This document shows positions 23,751-38,890 of a stretch of DNA of 64,000 nucleotides, one piece after another. Under the pieces are notes generated by a model. It had not been told where the DNA came from, did not search any database, and saw nothing but the letters and a program-made list of their open reading frames with translations. Source of the stretch: Zootoca vivipara. Taxonomy: Eukaryota. The stretch is taken from contig NC_083287.1 of the NCBI RefSeq assembly GCF_963506605.1, positions 30,256,001 to 30,320,000 of the forward strand. The letters are read 5' to 3'. Positions within the stretch are counted from its first letter, which is position 1. Every line of letters starts with the position of its first letter. The translations under genes were made by a program, and so were the position numbers.

Positions 23751-26700
23751 TTACTAGGGATTGAGAGTGCTTTTTAATTAAATTTGATTTCCAAACACGA
23801 TGGCTTTTGCACAACTTCACTGCTAATGCCAGTTTGTTTCAAGTCACAAAGCTTCTTTTATTGCAGGCTATATCCAACACTCTGGTAGAGCACATTTCTC
23901 CTGAATAAAAGCTTTAGAGGAGCAGTAATCTACCATACAGCAGCACATAATGGGAGGATATTTTTATCCAGAATGTTACAGACTGAATAAAGCAGAGCTG
24001 TAATCCTGGAAACAAATAAGTTCTTTATTATGCATTTCAAAAATGTAAATGATCAGGGCAACATGTACAGCATATGCAAAGAAGGGCAAGTGGTTAATGA
24101 TAACGTAAAGTTCCGTTGTGTCTTGTCAACGCATAAACACAATAATTGGAAAGTGCTCGTAAGCAGCTTTTGAAATATGAAGCCATTAGAAATATTGTCC
24201 ACAGTAATGTCACCCACAGAAAGAGACCAAAAAGGAAACAAAACCAAGGGCATATATAATGCAGATGCTGATCTTCAATCTGCTGTGTATGTGAGCTTTG
24301 GAACACAGGAAAGGGCTATTCCTTCTCTGCATCCCTGCATTTCATGGCTGACATATTGGTACAGCTGTTTCTGGTAACCCTTCTTTCACCTTGGAATACC
24401 ATTTATCACAACACCAGAAACCTACAAAGAGCTCAGGCGCCATTCTACCTCCGAAAATTCACCACTGGACTTACATGAGACAAGCTGAAAAACACCCCTA
24501 CATTCCTAACTGCCCTGCATACTGTATGTTTCTTCTTCAGACAATGGCCTAAAACATTTATACTTTTTAAGATCAAAAGGCTGAAACAGGCACCTCTCAG
24601 AGCCTTTTTACTTTTCCCCCCATATCTGGTGGTTATCAGTCCTTAACTCACCACAAGTTCAAATTTGTTCATACACTGTAGTAATGGAATGGGGCTTTTT
24701 TATTATTATTATAAAAAGGAGTTGCGAAAGAGTAAGCAACACTTAGCCTACTATTATATATAAATTATTATATATAAAATTATTATAAAGCTGAGGACTC
24801 ATAATTTATTATTTAAAACACATTCTGTCACCCACTCTTTAAGCCAACAAAGCTCTCAGAGAGGCTTGCAACAATTCATAGTTAAGACAGTCCCTGCCCT
24901 AAGGCTTACAATCTAAAGAGACACACAAGGCAAGCGGTATATAAAATTTCTTAGATAAGTAATAGTTGGGATGGGGAATTTCCAGGTATCCTGATGGAAT
25001 GGCGGCTGCTAGGTGAGAAAGGGCCATAGAGATTGATCTCTTTCTCATCCTAGGATACATGGCCACGTAAACAGCATCAACACTATCTAGGGCGATACTG
25101 CATTCCCTCTATGGAAGTATGACTAAGTATTCCAAAACAAGTAGGAGTGTGAGGAACTGCCAACAACAATTTTCTAAAGTTCTCTGAAAGCTAGTAGTAA
25201 AAGCCATAAAAGGATAAACACTAGTTCTAACCGTTGTTGTTTTTAAAAGTTGGGTGTCATTTCTTTTGCTGTTTTCCTTCCCCCCCTTAAATGTCTTCCT
25301 CTGTGGTTTCGAAATCAAAGTTTGCTCTGAGTAGACCCACAAAAATATCAGAATTGGATGGTTCACTGGAATTTGCTGGTAATAACTTTCTACCTATACA
25401 GCTCAATTAAATCATTCTAACATAATCCAGCAACCAATTACACTGGGTAAAGACTATGAAATGTCTACAGGCTCATTTCTATATCCTTCAGTTCCCTAAC
25501 CATATATAGCACACAACCTCCTTCCTTTCTTCCCTGTGTGTATTCAACCCTGTATGTTCCCTGAGCCCCCCCTTGAAGTATTCAAATTTTATTTTTTCAC
25601 ATGAAGCTAGTCCTAAAAAAAATTAACCCTGGAGGAACCACAGAGCAGTGTGCAAAGTCTTCACTAACTTGAGAGGAGCTGTGCTGAACAGATGGCTAAA
25701 AAACAGTGTCAAGGGCTGGTTGTTGTTCAATTTTTACTTATCAGGAGTGAAATTTAATTTAAAAATTCAGAAACTAAAGGCTGAAAACCAGTATCTTTCT
25801 TTGTGGAGCAAGGTCTCAAAACTGAACCCTCCAGCCGTAAATAGCACATGGGGTCACCAAACTGAATTCTAATCACTGGCACCCTGTGGAGCTGGCCCTT
25901 CTAATGCAATAAAACTGCTTCTAATCACGGCGGGGCGGGCCCTTCCTCACCTCCCCTTCTCCACACACACAACAGGTGCCATTAACATTTTCTCCGCCCC
26001 CTGCTGTGCAAGATCACTCTCCCATCCCAAAGCAGACCATGGGTCCCCCTTTGCAGACTTTATGTTCATTTTCTTTTGAAAATTTCAACCTATTTAAGCA
26101 GCTCTTTATAGAAATGTAAAGTAAACAGCTGATCTGATCCAAAGAGCGGCAGTGGAGCCTGTGGTCAAAGCGCAGACTTAGGCAGAAAAGAAAAGATGCT
26201 TTAGAAATGTAAAGCAGGTCTGTGTCTGGCCGGCAGGTTAGCTCTCTCCCCATGCTTGATCAATTATTAACTTCCATTTTTTATTCAGAAACACAGTCAG
26301 GTCCAGCTTAAAGCTGATTCACGACTGAAAAGTATCATGGAAATTTAGCTGGAGAAGAAAACAAGCCCCTACGACAGGGAACAACAGAGCACAGAACCTT
26401 TGGGCATTATTTTAAGTGCCTTTTTAGCACAAGACATTCAAACTTGAAATGGTCTCCTTCCACAACACTGATACAGTACATTAATCAACTGCTTAGGTTG
26501 AACCATCACAGAAGAGGTGGCAGATGGCTTGAACAGAGATTAAACCACCAAAGGTGGGATTCACACCAAAAGTTTGGGAACTTCAACTCTAGAACGCGAA
26601 GTGCGGGAAATATTCAACAATAAAAGGAATTGCCAGCTCTGTTATGCAAACAAGTTGTGAACTACCACTAAATGTGGTACCAAATATGCTTTTCCAGTAC

Positions 26701-26804
26701 AGTAAGACAGGATCAAATTATAATCACTAGCAATGATTAGTCTGGCTTTTTTCCTAATAAAAAAATTATGTAAAACATGCATTTCTGATTATCAATATTA
26801 TAAT

Positions 26805-26992
26805 AAAAAAAATCCTTCAGTAGCACCTTAAAGACCAACTAAGTTTTTATTTTGGTATGAGCTTTCGTGTGCATGCACACGAAAGCTCATACCAAAATAA
26901 AAACTTAGTTGGTCTTTAAGGTGCTACTGAAGGATTTTTTTATTTATTTTATTTTACTTCGATCCAGACCAACACGGCTACCTACCTGTAAC
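26805..26992. mobile_element. Penelope-like element terminal (pLTR) fragment forming a perfect palindrome
   Basis: PLE-type motifs GCACCTTAAAGACCAAC, TGAGCTTTCGTG and CAGACCAACACGGCTACC; 12-bp TSD CAATATTATAAT at 26793-26804 and 26993-27004. Confidence 0.8.
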
Positions 26993-28019
26993 CAATATTA
27001 TAATGTGATTGTACACATTTCTGCAGCATCCTAACAGACAGTACAATGCCATCCTAGATCAATCTACATTAGTAATTTCCCCATGTTTCTATGAAGTTGC
27101 TAATTCTGCATATGTGGTACAAATACCCACGACTGAATAAACATACTTGGCAGCTGGAAACTGTTTTCAACAACTGAAAGATTGCCAGTGTTGGTGGCCT
27201 GATAGAATAGGTTGGGTAGGAAAGGTGTAACCATTGACATCCTCCCACCACCTTAATTAAAACAGAGTCAGTGATTTTCAACAGTTAAAACAAAGCAGAA
27301 AGTATAGTAGGCCATACTTCTTTAACAATTGTTCAGATGTTTAAGAACACTTTATCCAGAAATCTTCCTGGAGCTAGCGCATAATACTGTCTGGGTTGAT
27401 ACCAACAAACTTTCTTTTCTGAAAAAATAGGTTATCTGTTTAAGTTAGCTGGAAAACGTAGTGTTCTGCAGTACCTTGTCTACATTTAGCAATAGCACAA
27501 TGCATTGGGGGAAAATTGCACATGGTCTAGCATACAAACCAAAATGATTATTTTATTCAATGCTCTGTTATTTTTCTGTACTTAATTAAGCACACAACAC
27601 AGTTGATGGGGCAAATGTACTTTTTAAGGGACCACTGAACTAGTGAGCAATCTGCACAGCCTTTTATCAAATTGTGCCTTGTTCCAGAGGTACCTACTAA
27701 CAATAATTATCAGATTCATCCTAAGGTAGCATGTACAGCAATTAAAGTTGTAACCACATCAGAGACTGGCTAACCAAAAAATACAGATCCCCAAGGATCT
27801 AAACTGGGAACAGTGCAAATCATCTGGAGTGAGAGGTGAGGAAGGATGTAGCTCAGTTAGTGGGCAACAACCAAAGGTGGGGAGAACAAAAGAGGGGTGC
27901 TGAAAGCTAAAAAATGAACTCTCCAAACTGGCTGATTGGGCATAAAAATGGTGAATGGAGTTCAATGTTAGTGTAAAATGAAGCACATCCGGACAAAACA
28001 TCCTAATTTCACATACATC

Positions 28020-28081
28020 CTGGTGCAGTTTGAGCTGGTGGTGACCGGCCAGGAAAAAGATCTTGAGCTCATGGTGTGTTG

Positions 28082-28131
<50 letters not shown>

Positions 28132-28585
28132 TACACAATTCTGGTTGTCACACTTCAGAAAGGATATTGGAGAGAGAGGGAAAGGGTAACCAAAATTGTC
28201 AAGAGTCAGTTCTATACGAGGAAATGTTACAGTTTTTCCGTTATCAGGACAAAGAGAAGTACTTTTTCACATAACACAGTTGAACCATGGAATTTGCTAC
28301 TGTAAGATGTGGAGATTGCTACCAACATGCAGCTTTAAAAGGAGGTGAGACCAATGCATGGAGGGTAAGGTGATGGCCACTAGTTATGATGACTATATGC
28401 TACCTCCAAGAACAGAAACACCATGCCTCTGAATACCAGTTGCTATGGAACAAACAGGAGTGTGCTATTTTGTTAATGTGGTGTTTGTGGGCTACCCATA
28501 GGTATCTGGTAGGCTGCTGTAGCAAACAGCAGACTGGACTAGACAGGCTTCTGTTCTGATCCAACACTGCTCTTTTTATGTTTTT
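28020..28585 (+). mobile_element. CR1 LINE 3' fragment, deleted and interrupted by (TTA)n
   Basis: GGACAAAGAGAAGTACTTTTTCACA...GGACTAGACAGGC...TGATCCAAC...CTTTTTATGTT tail. Confidence 0.7.
28083..28130 (+). repeat. (TTA)16 microsatellite
   Basis: Direct reading. Confidence 0.97.
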
Positions 28586-28683
28586 AAAACTGTTGATGCA
28601 ATCAGCCATTATTAGACAACCCAAGATAATGATAATTGTGGTAGCTCTGCCTACCCAAAAGAGAGCTTTGTGGATCCTTCAAG

Positions 28684-28686
<3 letters not shown>

Positions 28687-28760
<74 letters not shown>
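28687..28760 (+). repeat. (TC)37 microsatellite
   Basis: Direct reading. Confidence 0.97.
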
Positions 28761-28765
<5 letters not shown>

Positions 28766-30674
28766 GGAAGAGTAGATGTGAATGCTAATTTTCAAGTATT
28801 CGGCTCTATAGCATTCCCAAAGCAGGATCTGTGCAGGTGTAGATACCATGAAGAACTGTGACCATCAATCGAATGTACTTATCACATCAACTCCAAAAGA
28901 ACTCTTATCTGTGTTCACCATTTCAGACGTCATTAAGTAAGAGAAGCCCTCTCTGTAAAACCAAATGCTGACATTGCTGAAACATATCTTTATGGCTACA
29001 GGCAAAATGCACAGACATGGACTTAACAAAGTTCTGCAGAATATTTTTCCTCCCAGCTAACAAATGTTAATCATTCAACAAGCATTTGAATGAGGTCTAT
29101 GAGCATGAAACTAAGGAAACCTAGCAGAATTTTCTAGAGGTGATTTAGCCTAGTACCTCTGGGTTTGGTGGGCTTAATACTTGAGTTTTAGCTATACAAA
29201 GGGCAACATTGAATTTGGAAAAAGGGCTGGGGTGTGCAAGATCTGTGGTGGCAAAGAGCTAATATTGTGGTAGCCAGCATGGTGCCCTCCACATTACTTT
29301 TTATTACAATTGCCATCATCCCTGATCATTGGCCATGCTGGCTGAGGCTGATGGGAGCTTCAGTCCAAAACGTAGAGAGGATACCTCATTGGCTAACCCA
29401 ATTTCTAGTATGTGAAAGTGACAGTAATGGACTTTACTTTTTGTTGCTATGTATTAGTACTGCTGTGCCTTTCTTCTTCTTTTTCTTCATTAATAATAAT
29501 GTATTGTGAACTGCAGAATCATATAATTACATTTATTTTATCATCATAATTAGAATGCTTTCCCTTCTAAGGTTTTTTTGTTTGTTTGTTTGCCTTTCAA
29601 TACCAGTTGAAAGGATGGTTGACCATCCAAAAATTTACTGGTTGTTGGTGTCTAGACTGGGTATTTAGATGTAGATAGCTATATATTAAAGGTAAAGGGT
29701 AATAGACTGTTTATCTATTGATTTGTCTTTTATCTTCCCCTGTTTTGTTGTGTATTTATGAATGTCTGGTAGTTTTACATTATTTTATTGCACCTAGCAT
29801 TGATTGCTCATGATGAAGGGTGGAATAGAATGAATTTTAATTAAAATAAAATAAAAATAAAGTGAGATCATGATCTTTACTTAGTTTATCATGAAGCATA
29901 TATCCAAAAGGCAGGCCAGGCTATAAATCTCTCCTTCAGGTGCTTTTGGACTACAACTCCCATCAGTTCCAACAGTCAATGGTCATGGATAATGGGAATT
30001 GTAGTCCCAACATCTGGGGGATACCTTGTGTAAATCACAATCCCTAGGCTTTTTTTTGCATTTCAAGAATGTCTTGCCTCTTCATGGAAAAATATTGTGT
30101 GTCTGGGTCCAACTGAGTAAAGAAACTAGAGCCAAGACAGCAAAATCACATGTGGGGGTTGAGGAAGTGTCCATGCATTGTAATCCTCATGAAAGAGAGA
30201 AAATAGATGGGGAGATTATCAGGCAGGGAAAGTAAGTAAAAGAAAAAAAACATGAGCCATGTGAAGAAATGCTTTCATTATAAATGATGTGCACGAATAT
30301 GAAAAAGTAAAGGCAGGATGTGGCCATTTATAATAAAAAAACAGAAATTAGCATGGAAGATGAAAAACAAAAGAGGAAAGAGCTGGAGCACTCTAAAAAT
30401 AATTGGGGAAAAGATGGAAGATACGAGCCATTTTTTGTTTTTTGTGAAGGAACAATTAAAATACTTAAATGGAGAAGTCCCGTTTTTAAAATCTGTATAC
30501 CGGGAAACTTCATTATTTTATTCTTAATTTAAAACAGCTCACATTGACCAGGAGGCCTACAACTAGTGTTAAAAACACATGCACGTATTCAATCCTACAA
30601 CCTACATTCATTCCACAAACCAAGCAAAATAATGATCCCAAGGCATGGTCTGAAAGCACATGGTACATCAACTT

Positions 30675-30785
30675 TGCTGAGACTAAGCAGCCAGGAGCCT
30701 GGTCAGTGTGCAGATGGAAAACCAGCTGGAAATGTCCCATGTGTCCTTCAGCTCCATGGAGGAAAGGGGGTATATAAGATAAACA
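30675..30785 (+). mobile_element. 5S rRNA-derived SINE-like fragment, older copy
   Basis: CTAAGCAG..GGAGCCTGGTCAGTG..AGATGGAAAACCAGCTGGAAAT plus the same tail (CCATGGAGGAAAGGGG..TATAA). Confidence 0.5.
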
Positions 30786-31643
30786 GACACATGTATTTGC
30801 AGATTGTGCATAATTTACTCTACTCCCAATAGTTATAAACTGAACCAAGAAGCTTTGCAGAAAACTGAAACCTCTCCCCACTCCTTGTGGCTTCTGCACT
30901 GTCACTAAGCATTAGCCATACGCTTCTAAGCTTCTGTTTGCAGCCATTAAAGGCTAAAACTGTAGATCTAAAAAAAGGAGAACGAAAACCAAGAATCTAA
31001 TCATGCTGAATTCTGGGTTCACCACCAACCCTTACGCTCGAGTAGAATTGCGAAATTCAAAAAAACATTGACTTTGCCAAAAACTGAGAACACTGCCAGA
31101 TTTTTAAGACTGCAAAATCCTATATTCCCTTTTCTAGGAATCAATTCCTATTGGACTCAGCAGGGCTTACTTTGAATTGACATGCATAGGATTACTCTGT
31201 TAAATACATACAATGAAACATGACCAGCATTGATTTCATTTTGTTGCCATAGTATTTTGTACACTGGACTCAAATAATATTATTGTCTTCCTAACCTACC
31301 CTTTAAACAAACAATAAAAGTGGTAATGCAACCACAAACTCTGGATTCACTTATTTCACCAATAATTCACACACTATTTTATAAAATATTCACTTCATGC
31401 TTTTCCTTAACTTTTCATACTATAGCTTTCATAAAGAGTTACGCCCATTTGCTGTGTCCTTCTGACATTTATGGAAGATGTTTGTGAAACTGCACAAACA
31501 AAAGGGAAAACAAATGTAAACAAGCAAAAACAATTATGAGCAGTCTTCGGTTCACACCGACAGGACAAAATAAAATGAAATAAAAAATCTGATTTAAGCA
31601 CAATGACAGTACAGCAGAACAAAAGCAAGCCATGAAACAATTA

Positions 31644-32012
<369 letters not shown>

Positions 32013-33379
32013 TTACAAAAGGAGGCAAGTGACACAATGGCATGCTGTTCATCAACTCATTTGGTGCAAGAGACTGCATGAAAATTCTAGTCACTTGAAT
32101 GTGCAGCTATATCCTTAAATAAACATCAAGGCTAGATACACTTCAGCCATTAGGCCACATGCTGATATTTATGCTTACTAAACAAATGGCCTGGCATTAT
32201 TTAATAGTAACTATATTAAAGGAAACAAGAACAAGACATTTTGCAATTACAAAAGAGACAGGAAATGTCACACAGCTTAGGACTGTCCCTATTACAATGA
32301 AAGACAATTAAAATCCCCCCCCCACAATATCAAGAGAGGGAAAAAACCCACAAACACTAATTTTAAACCACAGTCCCCTGGGATCTTGTCACAAAGGGCA
32401 GGCAACAGTAATTTAAGGGGTCAACTGAGACTTCATTTTTTCCATGAACTAGTTTCTCTTTTCTTAAGGGGAGTTTATTATTGCTTTCAGGGTAGAAAGT
32501 GTTGAAAGAAAGCAGTGAAGCTCTTTCATGTTTCCTACAAAACAGTTATGCAGTCTTTCCACCCCTTATAACTTACATTTTCACTAGGAATCTTTATAAA
32601 AAGAAATATCAAACTTTATGATGGTCTCACCATAGACATGCCAATCATTAGAAGTGAATTACTGACAACCTATTCATACCACGCTTCACCTACCATATCA
32701 GCCTTGATTAACATAGCAAGTAATTCTTTCAAACACAGTAAATAAGTTGTTAAAAAAGAAGTACACAGATTAAATTGTGATTTGCAAAGTTAGAGGCATC
32801 ACACTTCAAAGAAAATACTGACAAAAGAGAAGAGTGATGCAAAAATACTGAGTCTGCCTTAAGAAGATCACAGCAATTTTTTGCTTTCCTGGAAAGCTAT
32901 AATGAAGAAAATTCTAATATACTGATGTACACTCCCTTTGAGAGAAACACAAAAGGCTTAAGTTCCAGAAAGTAAGATTTAGCTTAGGTAATGCCTTCTT
33001 GTTCAACATCCTGTAAGTGTTTGAGAAATTACTCTAGCATTACAGAACACTATTTTCACTTCATTTTTTATCTGGGCTTTCCAATTCTTCAAGGCATTTC
33101 ATTTTCGGCCAATTTAGAAATAAAGACTGACGTTTTTCCACTAAGTACTTTTCCCTCAAAAGCTTTTAAATGGCATCAACAAATGTATAAAAATAGCTTT
33201 GTCTTCCTGTCAAATAAGCAATGTTTCAAGAAGGCTTCCCATTTGTAACACTTAAAAGCCTGGTCCTCTGAGCGCACATGAACTGCAGCGGTAGACATGC
33301 CAGAAGGGGCTCTGCAGGGTGGTAGCAACATTTGCTTTAGGAGTCTTTCGGATCGAATGGTTCTAAAAGGTGCTTTTAG

Positions 33380-33715
33380 AACCATGCGCCTCCTCTATAA
33401 GAGGTTTGGAGGGTAGCAACACAAGAACGGGCCTTTTCTGCAGTGGCTCCTGCTTATGGAATGCTCTCCTCAGGGAGGTTTGCCTGGCGCCTTCATTATA
33501 CACCTGTAGGTGCCAGGCGAAAAAGTTCCTCTTCAATGAGGCCTTTGACTTACCGTATTAACAGTCTATGTCCTTTTAAATGTGTTTTTTGGGTGGGGCA
33601 ATGGTTTGGTTTGTTGTTGTTTTTATTATGTATTTTGTGTCTTATCTTACATTTTTATGCTGTGAACCACCCTGCAATCTACTGATGAAGGACGGTGTAC
33701 AAATTTAATAATTAT
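33380..33715 (+). mobile_element. L2-type LINE 3' fragment
   Basis: RAF..VAP.LWNAL-like remnant and TGTGAACCACCCTG...GGACGGTGTACAAAT tail. Confidence 0.65.
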
Positions 33716-34993
33716 TTTTTAAAAAATATTTACAAACTCAAACATAAAGGAGCTGTAGCAGCTCTCTCATTTTCATTCCCTCCATCAGCACCAGCTGTCA
33801 CCAGTGTGCTGTACCAGGGAAAGTTTCATACACCCCAGAGAGGTAGTGTTGATGTCTTCTGCCAAGCTGGCAAACTGACACAAAGCCAAGCCACCTAGGA
33901 GGGCATGCTAGAAGAAAAGGTCTGAGTTAACTAATGTTATGGTTTGCTGTGTTTGTGTCTCTATCAGACATTTATGTATTGGTACATATATGCCTATCTT
34001 TGTCTCAATCATAATGTATAACAAAAGCAACAGAACCAAAATTTTAAAAGTCATAAGCCTATGAAACTAACTACTTTGCAGTTCCGTGGCTTGCTGTCCT
34101 ACTTAAAATATAAGTTATTTCATAACCTCCTTTCAAATCCCAGAAACTTATATAAAACCCCTCTGCCGTTTAGCATTTTCTGCAAGACTTTTCTGCATTC
34201 TGCTGGATGCTTACTAACGGAATAACAATTATTCCTGTGAAGAGAGCCTACTGTGATGTCAGCAATAGCTAATGATCTCTCAGGAACTCTCATGAGAGCA
34301 CGGCACACGAAGCTTTGAGCTTATTTAAGCCTATGACCTAAAATGAGGCATGAATTGCTGTTATTGGGCAGATCAAATTATACTAAGTGCCAATTATTCA
34401 GCAGGCATATTTTCAAGTGTCTAAAAAGCATATTATGCAATGTAGTAGTTGATGAAGAAATATAAGGCAATATAGTACATGCAAGCCCTGTCTTGGCAGT
34501 AGCCTTCATCCAACAGGGAATCTTAAAGCTTTGAGGAGTCCTAATGAAATCAACTTAGTTCCTCCTCATTGTACTGCTTGATCAGAGCATAAGGGCTCAG
34601 GAGCTCAGAGACCTAACCTTGAACAGCCAGCCATAAATTGTTAAGAGGACAAGTATGTCCACTTTATTGTTCACTTTAATTTTGGGAGGTATTATTGCCA
34701 CAGTGACAATGACACTGTAATATAAATTGTGGGGGAAAGGTGCAAAAAGCAGTACTTAGGAGATTTCAGCCTAGTTAAAACTGTAACCACTCTGAGTGTT
34801 TTAAAATCAGCACTTGCACTGTTTATTCGAATTACTACTGACCTCTAGAAATACCGATCACTCAAGATGCCTGGATTACTTTACCACCACCATCACCGTA
34901 GTTAAATGCAGTAGTATATCTTCAGTGTCTTTTTGCCACCTTACACTACCAGGTTCTTTGTAAAACTGAAACTAACTATATTAGTTGCTTATA

Positions 34994-35330
34994 CAGTGGT
35001 ACCTCGGTTTATGAACACAATTGGTTCCGGAAGTCTGTTCATAAACTGAAGCGTTCATAAACTGAAGCGAACTTTCCTACTGAAAGTAATGGAAAGTGGA
35101 TTAATCCGTTCCAGACGGGTCCGCGGAGTACTCAACCTGAAGTGTACTTAACCCGAAGCATGGGTGTAATTGGTTCCATAAGTCTGTTCATAAACTGAAG
35201 CGTTCATAAACTGAAGCGAACTTTCCCATTGAAAGTAATGGAAAGTGAATTAATCCGTTCCAGATGGGTCCGCGGCGTTCGTAAACCGAAAATTCATAAA
35301 CCGAGGTGTTCGTGAACTGAGGTTCCACTG
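34994..35330. mobile_element. Tc1/mariner (Tigger/pogo-type) MITE with internal tandem duplication
   Basis: TA|CAGTGGTACCTCGG ... TGAGGTTCCACTG|TA; a ~110-bp block is repeated with 150-bp period (35018-35125 and 35168-35275). Confidence 0.88.
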
Positions 35331-35450
35331 TAGGAATACATGCAGAGTATCTATGCTCCCTGAGATTAGTTCAGTCATTTTGCACAGATTCACACATTTC
35401 AACATTCATTTCCTATATTATGCAGTTTAAAGTAACCATGCTTAGCATCA

Positions 35451-35690
<240 letters not shown>

Positions 35691-36066
35691 TCATCTGAAG
35701 GTAGAGGAAGTATTAAACCGAAGAGCTATGCATCTTAGATTTCTGATGAAAAGGAAGAAAAGATTAAGTCCCTACTCTTATAGAGCTCTACCAACTCATC
35801 ACTATGCTTATCAAAGCAATCAGTGTACTGGATCAAGAAAAAGGACATCAAACTTGCAAGGAGCATTGTGGCATCCATGACATCAGAAAACCAAACACAT
35901 TAAACAAATCCACCAGTATATGCTAACAGCCAAATGTGCAGCTACCGCACCAAAGATATGGGTGTGTATGGTAGTAATGGGTATTTTTCGCCCCACAATC
36001 AAAAGGGCTGAATAAACACAGACATCTAACGAGTTACATGGTACTTATCAGGAGTCTTTGTTAGAG

Positions 36067-36357
36067 CAGAGGTTCTCAAACTGTGGTTCATTGATTATTG
36101 GTGGTCTGTGAGCTCCATTCAGGTGGTCTGCAGAACAGTTGTGCACCAGTCAATAATATCTGTACTTGACCCTGCAGTTAATTATCCCCCCCAAACAATG
36201 GAAAATAAGGGCATTTTGACCAGCACCAGATTACTGAACTGGTTAACAAGGCCCTATCCTAGGGCCTGTGCTGAATAGAAATATTGAAGTGGACTGCTGA
36301 GACCCCCCAGCAATTTTCAAGTGGTCCATGGGGGAGGGGGATGTTTGTGAATCACTG
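36067..36357. mobile_element. Old hAT-like element
   Basis: CAGAGGTTCTCAAAC ... GTTTGTGAATCACTG degenerate TIRs, GTGGTC motifs. Confidence 0.5.
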
Positions 36358-36992
36358 CACAGGTGGTTTTATATCCTGTTCTAAAAATGATTGCAGATAA
36401 ATGTGAATAATGAGTACTGAAAAGGGGTATAACTGGTTAAAAATATTGCTGAATCTTTAATGCTGTATATAGTCATTTGTTGTGCAAACACTTTTTAAAT
36501 CCTTAAAGCAAGGGTGTCTAGCAAGGTGGCTGTGACTAATAAGATGGTTCAAGTATCCTGCTTCAGTGGGAGTAAAATGACAAAGATAAACAGGACTTCC
36601 TTGGTCAGCAGGACTGAATAACCAGGTGGTGATATATTAGCATTTTAAAAACATCTCAAGTCCACAGGAGGACAGCAAGGTCAAATAACTGTGACTATAA
36701 ATAATATAGTTGTTGTTGCTGAGAAAATGGCACTTCTTTACTGCCTTTAGCGAGTAATTTGGATATCGGGATTCAAACCTAACCCTTGTTTCTGATCAAC
36801 TCAATGCTGCAAATTTATTATTTTTAAACAGGCGATTTCTCCCCAACTTTTCCAGGCTTGTTAAACAACCTGTCACTAATTTTTCCTGCATGAATTAAAA
36901 CTGGAATAAAATCATCCTTATAATTTATAACTATGGAATCCATTTTAAACTGTAGACAGAAATTCAAAAGTGGAAAAGGATGGTCACTTTTA

Positions 36993-37157
<165 letters not shown>

Positions 37158-38664
37158 CTAGCAAGAAGAGGAGACAAAATCAAATAAAAGAAGGCGTGTA
37201 ACTGACAATGCGCACATCTTGAGTCTAGCTGAAAGGGGGAGGAAAAGCACCTGCCAAACAAATAATACTAACTGCAAAACTACAATATCACACTTCAGAG
37301 ATGAACATGGGTTACAATTACTGCTTCTTGCATAGAATTTATTGTCCTGATATGAATGCTCTCTTCCAAATACTAACCATTAGCTTAACATGAAGAGTTG
37401 CTTTCTGTGATTGTTCTGAGAAGATAAAGAGGTATATTTGAGAAACAACCATATCTAAATGTTCATAATAACATAATGTTGTAATTCACACATCTGCCTT
37501 GGACCTGTTTACAGAGCTCTGAACATGCCTTCTAAGACAGAATGATGTACTGTACTTACAACAGTGGATTTTAATAGAGCCTATTGATGAATTCCCAAAT
37601 ACAACTGAGGGCTGTCCTCCAATGCAAAAGCCTATTAATGATGGGATTGATTAGAATGCAACCTTTCCCAGAAAAAAAATTGCTGGCTGCTACTCTTTTG
37701 CATATGTACCAGTAAATTAAAATAGCTTTCTAAAGTTACTCTTAAAACAAACAGCCAGGTGGCAATGTTAGCTAATCAGAATAAATCAACCAGGCTTTGA
37801 TGCCACCAAAAGGCATCGTATATATTTTTTTAAAATTTTATTTCACCATGAAATTATTTTATTTCACTATGTAGAGTAAAGAATGTGTGACATTGTATCT
37901 AGGAAGATCTTGCTCCTATAAGCAATAGCCACACTTTTAGCACCTTTTGAATATATTTTCAGTTGGAACCTTAAACCCATCAATAATGTTAGCATTGTTC
38001 CCAGTGCATAGGTGTTTAATACCATCCTATTCTTGCTCTTCACTGTGTTCATTTTGTTTGTTTTACTCCTCTTAACCTATTTCAGCAGAGACTTGCGGGT
38101 GGAGGGGGGTCCAATTGAGCGAGCTGGAATACTTGCACTGACGAGGCATTTACTTAGTGCTGCATTGGATACAAGCAACAATATCTACAATAATATGCAG
38201 TATGCCATTTCTATGGTATCAACTGAGCATATAAGAATTACTGGTACAGACAGTATATGATTATTTCTATTTTAACATATAGTACCCAAATGTATTAATT
38301 GGCTTTCATGTTAATTGCGGCCAAATAATTACAAGAATATGTGACTCATGGATACTAAGTTATACTTCAAACATCAATACCGGGACATTTTTTTGAAATC
38401 TGGGACAGATTTGATTCTTATCACGCATCATTCTACCTTTGGAACAATGCACACAATAACGTAAGACAGTGGAGTGCAGCCTTATGTCAACTTATCACAG
38501 AGAACTCTGCTGACTCCCCAGTGCATTCTGTCCATTCACTCACATTAGAGAAACCCTTAAATCAGGAGTTTGTAAAAGGGAGAAGAGCATGAATGTGCTC
38601 CCATGGACAAACTGCATTCAGTGAACCTGTGAGACTTGAGGGCCTCCTGTTTGTCAAACTGTTA

Positions 38665-38760
<96 letters not shown>

Positions 38761-38890
38761 CTAAACGAACGAAAACCAACAAGTATGATATGGCACCATT
38801 ACTTGCTCTTGTTTTAATCTTATAATGTTAGAACACCATTTAACAGTTATATTGCATATATGTATATTTCACATATGTATCTTCCTAGAG

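Noticed and set aside
27978-28861. Poly-Leu, poly-Tyr and (LS)n ORFs
   Set aside because: Translations of the (TTA)n and (TC)n microsatellites.
34994-35330. CRISPR-like repeat/spacer pattern
   Set aside because: Eukaryotic MITE with TIRs and TA TSD; the 'spacers' are duplicated and there are no cas genes.
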